This document shows, in pieces, positions 1 through 11,207 of a stretch of 64,000 bases of DNA; position 1 is the stretch's first letter; every line of letters starts with the position of its first letter. Origin of the DNA: an uncultured Planctomycetia bacterium (GTDB lineage Bacteria > Omnitrophota > Gorgyraeia > Duberdicusellales > 4484-171); contig CAZHYN010000001.1 in assembly GCA_964536865.1 (NCBI GenBank), forward strand, positions 161,824-225,823, given 5' to 3'. A program made the translations under genes and the position numbers. The notes below the pieces were generated by a model. That model searched no databases, had not been told where the DNA came from, and saw only the letters and a program-made list of their open reading frames with translations.

Positions 1-26
1 CTGTCCCTGCTGGTGTAGTTAGAAAC

Positions 27-482
27 ATGGGGGCTACATTTGTTATTGCTTGCAATGTGATTCGAAAATTGAAGAGAAATAAAAGTATACAAGTTCGTAA
101 AAAGAAAACCTTCGGGTTAATTTCAAAATCTCAAGTTAAAAAAGATGTGAATTCTTTAAATGGCAGAGTTAATAAGATCATTCAAAAAATGAATTTTAAA
201 GATTTTTGGAAAGTTTTTGTTACTCTTCAGGCAAAAGTTCAGAAGAAAGTAAGAAGAATAGACCCAAATACACCAAATATCTTTGAAGTTCTTATTCAAT
301 CAGTTTATCTTATGGAGTATGAGATAGCAAAATTAAAAGCAAAAGAGGCAGATATAGTAATAACACCTGATGTAGGTATTTTAAAGGTTTTAGATTTTTA
401 TCACAGAAAAGAGGCGATAGTAAAAGGTTTTGAAGCAGCAAAAAGAGTGTTACCTAATATACGCAAATTAATAAAATTTTGA
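27..482 (+). CDS. hypothetical basic protein; possibly 5'-partial, since the frame is open back to the window start
   Basis: 151-aa ORF with no recognisable motifs; no in-frame stop between position 3 and the ATG at 27. Confidence 0.3.
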   Translation: MGATFVIACNVIRKLKRNKSIQVRKKKTFGLISKSQVKKDVNSLNGRVNKIIQKMNFKDFWKVFVTLQAKVQKKVRRIDPNTPNIFEVLIQSVYLMEYEIAKLKAKEADIVITPDVGILKVLDFYHRKEAIVKGFEAAKRVLPNIRKLIKF

Positions 483-1663
483 TGAAAAACAAATTTTTAA
501 AAGGGATAGGGCTAAATGTTATTTTTTTAGGATTGACCAGTTTTATAAACGATATCTCAAGTGATATGATTTTTGCTGTTATGCCTTTTTTTATCACCTC
601 TTTAGGTGGAGGAGGTATTGCTGTAGGGTTAATTAGTGGGTTGGGAGATAGTATTTCTGGGATATTGAAAGTTTTCTCAGGGTATTTATCAGATAAATTT
701 GGCAGAAAGATGCCTTTTGTATTTGGAGGGTATTTTATTTCTTCCATTATGAAATTTTTATTTCCCTTTGCAAAGACATGGTCAACTTTAGCATTTTTAA
801 TACCTCTTGAGCGGGTTGGAAAAGGTTTACGCACAGCTCCCAGAGACGCTGTTATAGCTACTTCAGCTTCATCTTTCTCAAAAGGCAAAGCTTTTGGGAT
901 ACACCGTACATTAGATACTTTGGGTGCTTTTTTAGGGGCTTTGGGTGCTTTTTTCTTTTTCTGGTTTTTGAAATTAGAGCTTAAATCAATTTTATTTATA
1001 GCAGCAATAATTGGATTTTTTGCTTTATTACCTTTGTTATTTGTTAAAGAAAATAAGAGTCTCTCTTTAAGTCTATCTTTAAGGATAAGTTTGAAAAGTT
1101 TGTCTTCAGATTTTAAGTGGTATTTAATAGCAGCAACCCTTTTTGCTTTAGGGAATTTTAGTTATATGTTTTTTATTTTAAAATCAAAAATCGTCTTTGA
1201 GGATATATTTAATCCGCGATTAGCTACAGCTTTACCTATTCTTTTTTATGTCTGGTTTAATATTATTTATGCTTTTTCCTCAACCCCTGCAGGTATACTC
1301 TCAGATAAAATAGGTAGAAAGAAGACACTTATTTTAGGTTATCTTATTTATACATTTACCTGCGCAGGATTTACTTTAGCTAACTTTTGGGTTACATTTA
1401 TAATTCTGTTTGCTATGTATGGTTTATCTTTTGGGATAATAGAAGGGGTGAGTCGTGCTTATGCAGCTGATTTTGTATCTGAAAATCTTAAAGGCACAGC
1501 TTTAGGTATATTTCATACCTGTATTAGTTTAGCAGTCTTACCAGGAGGAATAATTGCAGGAATATTCTGGAGTTTTAATTCTAATTTTACATTTATCTAT
1601 GGTGCAGCTTTGGGAGTTTTGTCTATCCTGTTTTTGGCGAGGGTTAACCCTAAGAGGATATAG
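482..1663 (+). CDS. MFS (major facilitator superfamily) transporter
   Basis: About 12 predicted hydrophobic helices and an MFS-like DxxGR(K) loop (SDKFGRK, SDKIGRK); the ATG at 482 overlaps the upstream stop (TGATG). Confidence 0.8.
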   Translation: MKNKFLKGIGLNVIFLGLTSFINDISSDMIFAVMPFFITSLGGGGIAVGLISGLGDSISGILKVFSGYLSDKFGRKMPFVFGGYFISSIMKFLFPFAKTWSTLAFLIPLERVGKGLRTAPRDAVIATSASSFSKGKAFGIHRTLDTLGAFLGALGAFFFFWFLKLELKSILFIAAIIGFFALLPLLFVKENKSLSLSLSLRISLKSLSSDFKWYLIAATLFALGNFSYMFFILKSKIVFEDIFNPRLATALPILFYVWFNIIYAFSSTPAGILSDKIGRKKTLILGYLIYTFTCAGFTLANFWVTFIILFAMYGLSFGIIEGVSRAYAADFVSENLKGTALGIFHTCISLAVLPGGIIAGIFWSFNSNFTFIYGAALGVLSILFLARVNPKRI

Positions 1664-1677
1664 GATTAGGAACAAGA

Positions 1678-2067
1678 ATGGAAATTATTAAGAAACCAAA
1701 AGCACCTTTTGAGAAATATCTTGGGATAAAGATAATTGAAACCAAAGATGGCTATGCTAAAGTAAAGATGCCTTATCAGGAGGAATTTACTAATCCCCAA
1801 GGCTTAATCCATGGAGGAGCTATTGTATCTTTAGCGGATACTGCTATGGCAGTGGCTATTTTCTCTAAATATTTGCATAGTTCTTTTTATACTGTAAAGT
1901 TAGAGATAAAATTCAGGTCACCTTCTAAGAGAGGAGAAATATTTGCCGAAGCAAATATAGTAAATAAGAGAGGGAAGTTTATTTTTGGCAGGGTAGAGGT
2001 AAAAGATAAGGAGGGTAAGCTATTAGCGCAAGTTTCAACTACTTTTTATCTTATTAATAAGGAGTAA
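1678..2067 (+). CDS. PaaI/hotdog-fold acyl-CoA thioesterase
   Basis: HGGAIVSLADTAMAVA motif typical of the PaaI thioesterase family; 129 aa. Confidence 0.8.
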   Translation: MEIIKKPKAPFEKYLGIKIIETKDGYAKVKMPYQEEFTNPQGLIHGGAIVSLADTAMAVAIFSKYLHSSFYTVKLEIKFRSPSKRGEIFAEANIVNKRGKFIFGRVEVKDKEGKLLAQVSTTFYLINKE

Positions 2068-2093
2068 GATAGATATTAGAAATTATATCTAAA

Positions 2094-2390
2094 GATAACC
2101 AGGGCAAAACCATCCCCGATACCAAAACCGCAAAACGCTCCTACCCTCAAGATTCAGCCCAAACTGATATCCAGCTTACTGCCTATAACCTCGCCTATAA
2201 ATACTTAAAAGGCGAAGAACCAGCCTCTTTCTGCTTTGATGTAATGGTCCGCACCAAACAACCCAAAGTCCAAACCCTACAATCTCCACCCACAACTCAA
2301 GCCGAGCTTACTCACTTTCTTAAACTCATTGGTTCAATCGCAAAAGCAATTAAAACCGGTATCTTCCCTCTCCGTCCGAACCTTTAGTGG
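2094..2390 (+). pseudogene. Fragment of a PD-(D/E)XK (RecB/Cas4-like) nuclease gene; no start codon; locally elevated GC
   Basis: Translation ...TDIQLTAYNLAYKYLKGEEPASFCFDVMVRTKQPK... shows a QxxxY-type motif and a Cys-containing C-terminal region; no ORF call; composition differs from the flanks. Confidence 0.4.
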
Positions 2391-2651
2391 AGGAGGATAC
2401 CCTTGCGAGAACCAACAGGTGTGTTTTTGGTGTGGGTATAGGTTTATCCTAAGCCGAACTTGTTCTGGTTTAGGGGAAGTGTGTAAGAGGTGGTGAATTC
2501 TCTTTTGCCCTTCCAGAGGCCCTGTAAAAGGGCAAGGTAAAGCAAATGATAACAGATGTATTAGAATACAGTTTAAACAAGGAATTAGAAGCCATACAGA
2601 GATACTCAAATATATTGTGTCCACTATGTAAGGGAAGCCCTAAGATACATA

Positions 2652-2930
2652 AAAAATAAGAAGTTACTTCCTTCTATAAGAGAGAAGGCCTATAATCTCT
2701 ATAAAGTAAAAACAAAGAACGAATTCCTGAGTAAATTAAATACCTTCAAAAAAGAATACCAGGATAAAGAGCCTAAATTTTTTAATATTTTACTTAAAAA
2801 CATAGACAAAACTTTAACTTTTTATAAATACCCTGCTAAATTTCATTCCTTAATAAAAAGCACCAATTTAATAGAGAGATTCTTAAAAGATTAGAACAAC
2901 TAACCAGGATAGAGGGCAGGATTTAGAGAG
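2652..2930 (+). mobile_element. Decayed C-terminal fragment of an IS256-family (Mutator-like) transposase
   Basis: Translation ...FKKEYQDKEPKFFNILLKNIDKTLTFYKYPAKFHSLIKSTNLIERFLKD* followed out of frame by LEQLTRIEGRI matches the conserved IS256 transposase C-terminus (TTNxIERLN...RRT); frameshifted and truncated. Confidence 0.55.
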
Positions 2931-3046
2931 AAAAAAGTGTCAATAGGGTATTTATTTTTTAGTTGAAAGGTTTAATATGGGAATAGGTGGTTATAGCCTT
3001 TATGAATTTACATACTTTTGTTGACAGAACCAATGTAAGCGTTTTC

Positions 3047-3077
3047 TTGACATTCCCCTTTTTATATGTTATATACT
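3047..3077 (+). promoter_or_regulatory. sigma70-like promoter upstream of cvpA (TTGACA -17- TATATA/TATACT)
   Basis: TTGACA at 3047-3052, 17-nt spacer, TATATA at 3070-3075; about 25 nt before the start at 3099. Confidence 0.3.
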
Positions 3078-3098
3078 AATTAATCCTTTGGTTGAGTA

Positions 3099-3677
3099 AT
3101 GAAAATAATAAAAAGCTTCCTTTTTATAGATTTACTGAGTATATTTCTTATACTAAGGATAATTTATATTGCCTTAAGAGAAGGGTTAATTTCTGAGGGA
3201 ATAAAAGTCATAGGAAGTTGGTGTGCACTCTTTTTTTCACTTCAGTACTACCCCTTACTTTTAGGTGGTTTTAAGAGCGAAGTCTTAAAGAGAGAATATT
3301 TAAATTTTTTCTCGTTCTTTCTCATATTTTTTGGGGTTTTGGCCCTTTTTTCTCTTCTCAGAAAGATGATAACTACTTTTGTTAAGAGAAAGAATAAAAC
3401 TCTGATAGAGAATGCTATCTCTTTTCTACTGGGAGGTGTAAGAGCAGGAATCTTACTAATTGCTTTTGTTTTTTCCTTTTCACTTCTTTCCCCTAAGAAA
3501 AATATTTTTAGAGGAAGTTTATCTTTGAGAGTATTCTATAGGTTTGTTCCTAAAATCTATCTTTACTCTTTTAGGGTATATAAGAAGTTATATCCTCAAG
3601 CAAAGTTAAATAAGGAGGTAAGAAGGAGCTATGAAGTTAAAGGAGATTTATCAAGAAGTAGTGAAGAAAGGAATTGA
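3099..3677 (+). CDS. cvpA: CvpA-family membrane protein (colicin V production protein-like)
   Basis: N-terminal architecture typical of CvpA (MKIIKSFLFIDLLSIFLIL...), 4 TM helices. Confidence 0.5.
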   Translation: MKIIKSFLFIDLLSIFLILRIIYIALREGLISEGIKVIGSWCALFFSLQYYPLLLGGFKSEVLKREYLNFFSFFLIFFGVLALFSLLRKMITTFVKRKNKTLIENAISFLLGGVRAGILLIAFVFSFSLLSPKKNIFRGSLSLRVFYRFVPKIYLYSFRVYKKLYPQAKLNKEVRRSYEVKGDLSRSSEERN

Positions 3678-4590
3678 AGCTGATCCTCGAGGCAAAAAAG
3701 CAATTGAGAACGTTCTAAAAGAAAAGAAGGAAGCTTATCAGAAATTAAATAAAAAAGAAAAAGAATTCTTTGATGCTGATTCTTTGTTTAATCCTTTCGC
3801 TGATACCAGGATCCTATGGGGAGATCCCTCTTCCGAGATAAAGTCTATAATTGTAGGAATAGATGTGGAAGGGCAGGAATTTCTCTTGGTAGATTCCTTA
3901 CGGCGGAAAGGAGTAAGTATTGATTTAATAGTGTCTCATCATCCACAAGGGCGTGCTTATGCTAATTTCTACGAAGTTATGGACTTACAGGTAGACATCT
4001 TTAAGGAGAAAGGAATTTCCTTAAGTAAAGTGGAAGCTCTTTTGGGGGAAAGAAAAGCCCAGGTGGAGAGACGGGTTTCTAGCGCTAATCATCAGAGAGC
4101 CATAGACTTTGCTCGTTTCCTTAATTTGAGTTTCTTCTGTATGCATACGCCTGCAGATAACTTAGCTTACCAGTATATAAAGAAGTTGATGGATAAAGAA
4201 AAACCTAAAAGGATAAAAGATATATTAGATCTCCTTTTAGATATCCCTGAATATCGTGAGGCAGCTAGAAATAATAATCCTCCTAAGATATTTTTAGGTA
4301 ATAAAGAATCTAAAGTTTCTAAAATCCATATAGAGTTTACAGGAGGAACAGAAGGTCCTGAAAGTATCTATGAAAACCTTTCTTCTGCAGGAGTAGATAC
4401 TATCATTGCTATGCATCAGTCTGAGGAGCATTACCGAAAGTGTAAGCAAGCTAATATTAATGTTGTTGTTGCTTCCCATATCGCTAGTGATACTTTAGGA
4501 GTAAATCTTATGCTTGATTACCTGCAAACCAAGGGGAAGTTTAGGATTTTAGAGTTCTCTGGATTTAGAAGATTTTCTCACAGGAAATGA
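3631..4590 (+). CDS. Nif3-family (YqfO/YbgI-like) dinuclear metal-centre protein
   Basis: IDLIVSHHP and FFCMHTPADN motifs correspond to the Nif3 HHP and H-T-x-D metal-binding motifs; a C-terminal GTEG...ASHIASD module. Confidence 0.6.
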   Translation: MKLKEIYQEVVKKGIEADPRGKKAIENVLKEKKEAYQKLNKKEKEFFDADSLFNPFADTRILWGDPSSEIKSIIVGIDVEGQEFLLVDSLRRKGVSIDLIVSHHPQGRAYANFYEVMDLQVDIFKEKGISLSKVEALLGERKAQVERRVSSANHQRAIDFARFLNLSFFCMHTPADNLAYQYIKKLMDKEKPKRIKDILDLLLDIPEYREAARNNNPPKIFLGNKESKVSKIHIEFTGGTEGPESIYENLSSAGVDTIIAMHQSEEHYRKCKQANINVVVASHIASDTLGVNLMLDYLQTKGKFRILEFSGFRRFSHRK

Positions 4591-6335
4591 TACCTCAGCA
4601 GTTTATAGAGGAAGTTCAGGCAAGGACAGATATTGTAGATTTAATTTCTACCTATATACCCTTAAAAAGGACAGGAAGGAATTTTAAAGCTCTTTGCCCT
4701 TTTCATAATGAAAAGACACCCTCTTTCTTTGTCAGTCCTCAAAAGCAGATTTTTCACTGCTTCGGTTGTGGAGAGGGAGGAGGGGTAATTCAGTTTCTTA
4801 TGCTTTTTGAGAAGGTAAGTTTTGTGGAAGCGGTAGAGATTTTAGCTAAAAGATTGGGATTAGAAATTCCTTATCAGAGAACAACCCTTCAAGATAGGTT
4901 AAAGACAGTCCTTTATGAATTAACAGATGAAGCTTCTAAGTTCTTTTTCGCTACACTCTTAACCACTCCTCAAGGAGAGGAGGCACGTAGATACTTCCTT
5001 AAGCGAGGGATAGATAGCGAGACAATAAGGCAGTTTCGTTTAGGTTATGCTCCGGGCAGAAATACTCTTTTAGAATTCATGCGTAAGAAGGGCTACAATT
5101 TAGAGATATTAGAAAAAGCCTCTTTGGTTATTCCTAAAAGAGAAGGGGGCTATCTGGATATGTTTCGAGAGAGGATAATTTTTCCTATCTTTGATGTTAA
5201 AGGCAGAGCAGTAGGATTTGGGGCAAGAGTTCTTCGAGAGAGCAAAGATATCCCTAAATACATAAATTCCTTAGAGAATCCTATTTATGAGAAAAGAAGC
5301 CATCTCTATGGGTTTAACTTCTCTAAAGAAGAAATTTCAAAAAGAGATTGGGTAATTGTTGTAGAAGGGTATTTTGATATGATTACTCTATATCGGGAGG
5401 GGATAAGAAATATAGTCGCCTCTCTGGGGACAGCGTTAACCTTAGAGCAAATTAATCTCCTTAAGAGGTATACTAAGAATATCGTTCTTATTTTCGACTC
5501 TGATAAGGCTGGTCAACTTGCTACCTTACGAGCTCTGGATCTCCTTTTAGAGAATAGTTTAAAGATAGGAATCGTAAAAATGCCTCAAGGGTTCGATCCC
5601 GATTCTTTCGTAAGGAAGAAAGGTAAAGAGAAATTTCAGGAACTTCTTCAAGAGAAGTTAGATTTTTTTGATTATAAAATAAACGTATTGAAAGATACTT
5701 ACGATTTGGATAGTATCGATGGAAAAAGTACGGTAGCAGAGGAGATGCTTCGGACAATAAATAGGATTACTAGAGAGGTAGAAAAGTATGAGTATATAAA
5801 GAGATTAGCTTCTCTTCTTTCGGTAAGAGAAGAAGTGCTTCTTTTGGAACTTAATCGAATGAAAGAACCCGCCTATCCGAAGAGTCCCCTCTCGGTTAAA
5901 AAAAAGATGGAGAAATCGCCTATGCCTATTACTGAGAAGTTACTGATTCAATTTATTCTAGCCAGTAAGAAGGCAGCAAAAGTGATAAAGAGGAATTTAG
6001 ATGTAGAGTGTTTTTCTCATCCTTTAGCAAGGAAAATAATTTCTTTACTTTTTGATAATTTTATAGGAAATGAAAGTTTATCTGTTAATACTCTGTTAGG
6101 TATGATAGAAGACAAAGAGGTAACAAGTTTTATTTCGCAACTTCTTTTGGAAGATAAGGTATCTTTAACTAAAAAGCTCCTTAAAGATTGCATATTGAAA
6201 CTCCGTCAGAGGAGAATTAAAGTTTTAAAAGAGGAGCTAAGAAAGAAAATAAAGGAAGCAGAGTCTAAGAGAGATGGGGAGAAAGTAAAAGAGTTAATTA
6301 GTCGGTATAAAGAGTTAAAAAGCGAGGTAAGATAA
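4587..6335 (+). CDS. dnaG: DNA primase DnaG
   Basis: Zinc-ribbon [11 protein letters not shown]...FHCFGCG, Toprim motif ([15 protein letters not shown]), and a C-terminal helical domain. Confidence 0.92.
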   Translation: MIPQQFIEEVQARTDIVDLISTYIPLKRTGRNFKALCPFHNEKTPSFFVSPQKQIFHCFGCGEGGGVIQFLMLFEKVSFVEAVEILAKRLGLEIPYQRTTLQDRLKTVLYELTDEASKFFFATLLTTPQGEEARRYFLKRGIDSETIRQFRLGYAPGRNTLLEFMRKKGYNLEILEKASLVIPKREGGYLDMFRERIIFPIFDVKGRAVGFGARVLRESKDIPKYINSLENPIYEKRSHLYGFNFSKEEISKRDWVIVVEGYFDMITLYREGIRNIVASLGTALTLEQINLLKRYTKNIVLIFDSDKAGQLATLRALDLLLENSLKIGIVKMPQGFDPDSFVRKKGKEKFQELLQEKLDFFDYKINVLKDTYDLDSIDGKSTVAEEMLRTINRITREVEKYEYIKRLASLLSVREEVLLLELNRMKEPAYPKSPLSVKKKMEKSPMPITEKLLIQFILASKKAAKVIKRNLDVECFSHPLARKIISLLFDNFIGNESLSVNTLLGMIEDKEVTSFISQLLLEDKVSLTKKLLKDCILKLRQRRIKVLKEELRKKIKEAESKRDGEKVKELISRYKELKSEVR

Positions 6336-6337
6336 CA

Positions 6338-7873
6338 ATGGTGAAACAAAAGATTTTAGAGAGAAATATTGAACAGTTAATTGATTTAGGGAAGAAAAAA
6401 GGATATCTTACCTACGATGAGATAAATCATTTCCTTTCTGAAGAGATAGTGAACGCTAACGACTTGGATGCTATCTTGGAAAGATTAGATGACCAGCGGA
6501 TAAGTGTTCTTGAGACCAGTGAGGTAGGGGAGTGGGAGAAAGTTAAGGAGAAGAAGACAGCGGTCAGCGAAGTTCTCCCTGTGGATGACCCTGTGAAAAT
6601 GTATCTTAAGCAGATGGGGCAAATTCCTCTTCTCTCTCGTGAGGAAGAGATAAAGTTGGCTAGAGAAATAGAGGAGAAGGAGGAGGCTTTAAGGGAGTTA
6701 GTGTATTCCACCTCCTTAGCCAAAGAGGCTTTTTTAGAAATTTCTAAAAAATTATTGGAAGGAGAGTTAAATCCTGATGATTTTGTGAAGGGGGAGATAA
6801 AAAATAAAGATAGAGAGCTTAGACGCATAAGAAATCTGTACTATAAGCTAGCAAGGGTCAAAAGGATTGATACCCAAAAGGGTATTCTAAAGAAGTTTAA
6901 CTTTACCATAAGTGTAGTGGAAATGATTGTGGATCGTATAAACACTATCCTCAAGAAAATAGAGAGATTGGATAGAAAAATAAAAAAGATTACTAGGGAT
7001 AGGGGGAGAAGAATCCAGTTAAAGAGAGAAAGGAATAAGTTAGTAAAGAAGATAGCTTCCAAGGGTGAGGAAGTTAAAGAGAAATTTAGATTAATTTTAG
7101 AGAGACAAACACTTTATAACCATGCTAAGAGGTCCTTGGTAGAAGCTAATTTAAGGTTGGTAGTAAGTATCGCTAAAAAGTATGTAAATAGAGGACTTTC
7201 CTTCTTGGATTTAATTCAAGAAGGAAATATCGGTCTTATAAAGGCAGTAGAGAAGTTTGAATATAAGAGAGGATATAAATTTTCTACCTATGCCACTTGG
7301 TGGATAAGGCAAGCAATAACAAGAGCAATTGCTGATCAGGCTAGAACTATAAGGATTCCTGTGCATATGACTGAGACCATAAATAAGATAATTAGGATTT
7401 CTCGGCTGTATATCCAGGAGAAAGGTAGAGAACCTACTTCTGAGGAGTTAGCCAAAGAGCTCAAAATTCCCATTTCTAAAATAAAAGATATCATAAAAGT
7501 TTCTCAACAACCTATTTCTATCCACACTCCTATAGGTGATGATGGGGATACTTATTTTGGAGACTTTATTGAAGATAAAAAGACTGTTTCTCCTGCAAAC
7601 GCTACTGTGTACTCTATGTTAAGAGAAGAGCTTACTCAGGCTATGGAGAGTTTAACTGAGAGAGAGAAAAAAATTCTTAGTTTAAGATTTGGGTTAGAAG
7701 ATGGCACACCTAAGACTTTAGAAGAAGTAGGAAATATTTTTAAGGTTACTAGGGAAAGAATTCGTCAGATCGAGGCAAAAGCTTTAAAGAAACTCAGACA
7801 TCCTAGTCGGTCTCGCCGTCTTCAGGCGTTTTTAGAGTTGACTTTCTTTAGGGGGAAATATCGATCTGTTTGA
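6338..7873 (+). CDS. rpoD: RNA polymerase sigma factor RpoD (sigma-70)
   Basis: Regions 1.1–4 are present: [17 protein letters not shown] and [27 protein letters not shown], with a region 4 HTH; classic dnaG–rpoD operon. Confidence 0.95.
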   Translation: MVKQKILERNIEQLIDLGKKKGYLTYDEINHFLSEEIVNANDLDAILERLDDQRISVLETSEVGEWEKVKEKKTAVSEVLPVDDPVKMYLKQMGQIPLLSREEEIKLAREIEEKEEALRELVYSTSLAKEAFLEISKKLLEGELNPDDFVKGEIKNKDRELRRIRNLYYKLARVKRIDTQKGILKKFNFTISVVEMIVDRINTILKKIERLDRKIKKITRDRGRRIQLKRERNKLVKKIASKGEEVKEKFRLILERQTLYNHAKRSLVEANLRLVVSIAKKYVNRGLSFLDLIQEGNIGLIKAVEKFEYKRGYKFSTYATWWIRQAITRAIADQARTIRIPVHMTETINKIIRISRLYIQEKGREPTSEELAKELKIPISKIKDIIKVSQQPISIHTPIGDDGDTYFGDFIEDKKTVSPANATVYSMLREELTQAMESLTEREKKILSLRFGLEDGTPKTLEEVGNIFKVTRERIRQIEAKALKKLRHPSRSRRLQAFLELTFFRGKYRSV

Positions 7874-7944
7874 TTCTAGTTGGACAATTAAAGCTCCTTC
7901 CTTTTTTTAGGTTTTGGTCATAATAAAATTTCTAAATTTTCCTG

Positions 7945-7974
7945 TTGCAATTGTGCCCCTTGTTTAGTTATAAT
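7945..7974 (+). promoter_or_regulatory. candidate sigma70 promoter for gatCAB (TTGCAA -18- TATAAT)
   Basis: TTGCAA at 7945-7950 and TATAAT at 7969-7974 in the rpoD–gatC intergenic region. Confidence 0.35.
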
Positions 7975-8060
7975 TAAACATCTATGGAGAAGTACAAGAT
8001 TATCTTTACCTTTGCATCAAACGATTGTTGGGTTAGAAACTAAGAGGCAGCTTAAGAAGA

Positions 8061-8345
8061 ATGGTCGATAGAAAAACTGTTGAATACATTGCTAATCTAG
8101 CACGAATCAAAGTAAAGGAAGAAGAAATAGAGTATTTAAGAGTCCAGCTTTCAAGAATTTTAGATTATGTAGATAAATTAAAACAACTCAATGTAGATAA
8201 TGTCCCTGTAACTAGAGGAACTTTCTTTACTGAGAATATCTTAAGGGAAGACGAAGTTAAAAATTCTAAACTGAACCAAGAGATTCTTAAAAATTCTCCT
8301 TGCCTCCAAGAGAACCACTTTAAGATTCCCAAGGTAATAGAATGA
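8061..8345 (+). CDS. gatC: Asp/Glu-tRNA amidotransferase subunit C
   Basis: 94 aa; ...[14 protein letters not shown]... typical of GatC; immediately upstream of gatA and gatB. Confidence 0.85.
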   Translation: MVDRKTVEYIANLARIKVKEEEIEYLRVQLSRILDYVDKLKQLNVDNVPVTRGTFFTENILREDEVKNSKLNQEILKNSPCLQENHFKIPKVIE

Positions 8346-9775
8346 AGGATTTTTTTAAATTAGGTGGTCATCAGTTAGCAGAATTTATTAAAGATAGTAA
8401 ACTTGATAGAGATAAGCTTCCCTTTCTTTTTCGAGAGAGGGCGCAGAGATTAGACCCCCTAATTAAAAGTTTCGTAGAGATTTACCCTCAACCTATCATA
8501 GGGGAAGGTAACTCCTTCCTTAAGGGGATCCCTATTGCTATTAAAGATAACATCTGTATAAAAGGGAAAAGAATTACCTGCGCTTCTAAAATTCTTAATT
8601 CTCACATCTCTGTTTATGATGCTACAGTGATAGAGAGATTAAAAAGAGCAGGGCTGGTTATTTTAGGTACTACCAATATGGATGAATTTGCTTTTGGTTC
8701 ATCCTGTGAGAATTCCTGTTATGGACCGACGAAGAACCCTTGGGAGCTGGAGAGAGTCCCTGGAGGTTCCTCGGGAGGCTCAGCAGCAGCTGTGGCTGCC
8801 CGTTTGGTACCTTTTGCTTTAGGTTCAGATACCGGAGGCTCCATCCGCCAGCCTGCGAGTTTCTGTGGGGTGGTGGGTTTTAAACCCACCTATGGAAGAG
8901 TTTCCCGCTTTGGATTAGTAGCTTTTGCTTCTAGCCTTGACCAGATAGGGCCGATAACTACTGACTTTGTAGACTGCGCCTACCTTTTAAATATCATCTG
9001 TGGATTTGATAAATTTGATTCTACCTCTGCTAAGGTAGATGTGCCTGATTTTACTCAAGCTTTAACTTTTCAAGTAAGTGATATAAAGATAGGAATTCCT
9101 CAGGAGTATTTCCAAGAAGGTTTAGATAGGGAAGTAGAAGAGAAAGTAATGGGTGTAGCAAAACAATTAGAGAAAAAAGGGGCAAAACTTATAGATATTT
9201 CTTTACCTCACACAGAGTATGCTGTGGCTACATACTACATTATAGCTTGCTCTGAGGCTAGCTCTAATTTGCAGAGGTACGATGGAATAAAGTATGGGTT
9301 AAGAGAGAGTAAAAATAATCTTGTGGAACTCTACAGAGAATCTCGAGGAGAAGGGTTTGGAGAGGAAGCGAAGAGAAGGATTTTTTTAGGTACTTATAGT
9401 CTTTCTAGTGGGTATTATCAAGCGTATTACTTAAGAGCTCTCAAAGTTAGGACTTTAATTAAAGATGATTTTCAAAAGGCATTTGATAAGGTAGATGTGA
9501 TTTTGACTCCTACATCTCCTACATCGGCTTTTAAAATAGGAGAAAAGATAACCGACCCTTTAAGCATGTATCTTTCTGATATTTATACTATTTCTGTTAA
9601 TTTAGCTGGACTTCCTGCAGTTTCTTTTCCTTGTGGATTTAATAAGAATAATTTACCTGTGGGAGCCCAGCTTATTGGGAGAGCTTTTGATGAGCAGACT
9701 TTAATAAGAATAGGATTTAGTTATCAACAAATAACTGATTACCATACTCAAATTCCTCCTTTAGTATATGAGTAA
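8342..9775 (+). CDS. gatA: Asp/Glu-tRNA amidotransferase subunit A (amidase signature family)
   Basis: Amidase signature [13 protein letters not shown]; catalytic Ser-cisSer-Lys context; 477 aa. Confidence 0.95.
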   Translation: MKDFFKLGGHQLAEFIKDSKLDRDKLPFLFRERAQRLDPLIKSFVEIYPQPIIGEGNSFLKGIPIAIKDNICIKGKRITCASKILNSHISVYDATVIERLKRAGLVILGTTNMDEFAFGSSCENSCYGPTKNPWELERVPGGSSGGSAAAVAARLVPFALGSDTGGSIRQPASFCGVVGFKPTYGRVSRFGLVAFASSLDQIGPITTDFVDCAYLLNIICGFDKFDSTSAKVDVPDFTQALTFQVSDIKIGIPQEYFQEGLDREVEEKVMGVAKQLEKKGAKLIDISLPHTEYAVATYYIIACSEASSNLQRYDGIKYGLRESKNNLVELYRESRGEGFGEEAKRRIFLGTYSLSSGYYQAYYLRALKVRTLIKDDFQKAFDKVDVILTPTSPTSAFKIGEKITDPLSMYLSDIYTISVNLAGLPAVSFPCGFNKNNLPVGAQLIGRAFDEQTLIRIGFSYQQITDYHTQIPPLVYE

Positions 9776-11207
9776 AGAGTTAGAGATAGTCATAGGATTG
9801 GAAGTACATGTTCAGTTAGATACGAGATCAAAGATTTTCTGCAGCTGCTCTACTGGTTTCGGCGCTCTTCCTAATACTAATATCTGTCCGGTATGTTGTG
9901 GATATCCTGGAGTTCTCCCTGTGCTGAATAAGAAAGCTTTGTTTTTAGCGTTAAGAGTTTGCTTAGCTTTAAATTGCAAAATAAATAGAAGGATATATTT
10001 TGAAAGGAAAAATTATTTCTATCCAGATTTACCGAAGAATTATCAGATTTCTCAGTATGCCCTTCCCCTTGGTGAGGATGGGATTCTTTTGATTTCTTCA
10101 GGGAAAGAGATAAATATAAAGAGGGTACACTTAGAGGAAGATGCAGGAAAGCTCATCCACAGAAAAGACTACTCATTAGTTGATTTCAATCGTGCTGGTA
10201 TCCCTCTTTTGGAGATAGTAACCTATCCAGATATAAATACTCCCCAAGAAGCATTTGATTACCTAACTCAACTTAAACTTACTCTTCAGTATATAGGAGC
10301 ATCTACTTGCGATATGGAGAAGGGATATCTACGTTGCGATGCTAATATATCTCTAAGAGAGAAAGGAGAAAATAATTTAGGCACAAAGGTCGAGCTTAAA
10401 AATATGAATACGTTTAGAGGAGTAAGAGATGCTTTAGAGTATGAAGTAAAGCGCCAGACAAAAATCATAGAGAAAGGAGAGAAAATTTATCAAGAGACAA
10501 GATTATGGGATCCCTCCCAAGGTAAGACTTTCTCTATGCGAAGGAAAGAGGAGGCACATGACTATAGATATTTTCCTGAGCCTGATTTAGTTGATTTTAA
10601 GATAGAGGAAGAGTGGATAGAGAGAGAACGTTCTTTAATAGGAGAACTTCCCCTGACGAGAAAGAAAAGAATACTTAAGGATTATCAACTCCAAGAGGAA
10701 GAAGTGGATGTAATTGTATCCTCTAGGTGGTTAGCCGATTTTTTCGAGAAAGCCTGTAGTTACTTTAAGGATTATAAGAAGATTGCTAGCTGGTTGATAG
10801 GCCCCTTCTTGGAAATTTTCTATACTGAAGGGAGTGATTGGAGTAAAATAAAAATCACCCCTAAGAGCTTCTCTAAAGTTGTGGAGTATTTCTCTACAGG
10901 AAAATTGAATAACTTAGGAGCAAAAAAAGTTCTTGCTAAGATCTTTACCAATAATGCCGACGTAGATAAAGTTATAGAGGAAGAAGGGTTAGCTCAGGTT
11001 TCTGGTGAGGAAGAGTTAATTAAGTTTGTAGAGGAAGCCATTGTTGCCAATCCCAATCCGGTAAATGACTACCTTAGAGGAAAACAGCAAGCAGTGATGT
11101 TTCTGGTGGGATGGGTAATGAAAAAAAGTAGAGGTAAAGCAAATCCCAAAGTAGTCAGAGAAATGTTAGAGAAGAAATTGAGAGAGAAAGGAGGAGGTAA
11201 TGATTAA
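9768..11207 (+). CDS. gatB: Asp/Glu-tRNA amidotransferase subunit B
   Basis: N-terminal GatB catalytic domain (IGLEVHVQL...) and a C-terminal GatB/YqeY domain. Confidence 0.95.
   Translation: MSKELEIVIGLEVHVQLDTRSKIFCSCSTGFGALPNTNICPVCCGYPGVLPVLNKKALFLALRVCLALNCKINRRIYFERKNYFYPDLPKNYQISQYALPLGEDGILLISSGKEINIKRVHLEEDAGKLIHRKDYSLVDFNRAGIPLLEIVTYPDINTPQEAFDYLTQLKLTLQYIGASTCDMEKGYLRCDANISLREKGENNLGTKVELKNMNTFRGVRDALEYEVKRQTKIIEKGEKIYQETRLWDPSQGKTFSMRRKEEAHDYRYFPEPDLVDFKIEEEWIERERSLIGELPLTRKKRILKDYQLQEEEVDVIVSSRWLADFFEKACSYFKDYKKIASWLIGPFLEIFYTEGSDWSKIKITPKSFSKVVEYFSTGKLNNLGAKKVLAKIFTNNADVDKVIEEEGLAQVSGEEELIKFVEEAIVANPNPVNDYLRGKQQAVMFLVGWVMKKSRGKANPKVVREMLEKKLREKGGGND

Noticed and set aside
454-888. 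144-aa minus-strand ORF antisense to the MFS transporter gene. Similar antisense ORFs occur at 2334-2624, 4294-4479, 5521-5757, 6427-7062, 10286-10468, 18190-18496, 18856-19569, 19929-20258, 24538-24885, 27212-27484, 41451-42227, 43209-43457, 45624-46016, 48989-49885, 53575-54032, 54484-54756, 57457-57663 and 58941-59141.
   Set aside because: Each lies entirely within a well-supported gene on the opposite strand or frame. They have low-complexity, biased composition and no motifs, as expected from random open frames in AT-rich DNA.
2068-2093. Short inverted repeat TAGATAT-N8-ATATCTA after the thioesterase gene as a terminator
   Set aside because: The stem is AT-only and 7 bp with no following T-run, so it is too weak to call. 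It may instead be a relic of the adjacent decayed insertion.
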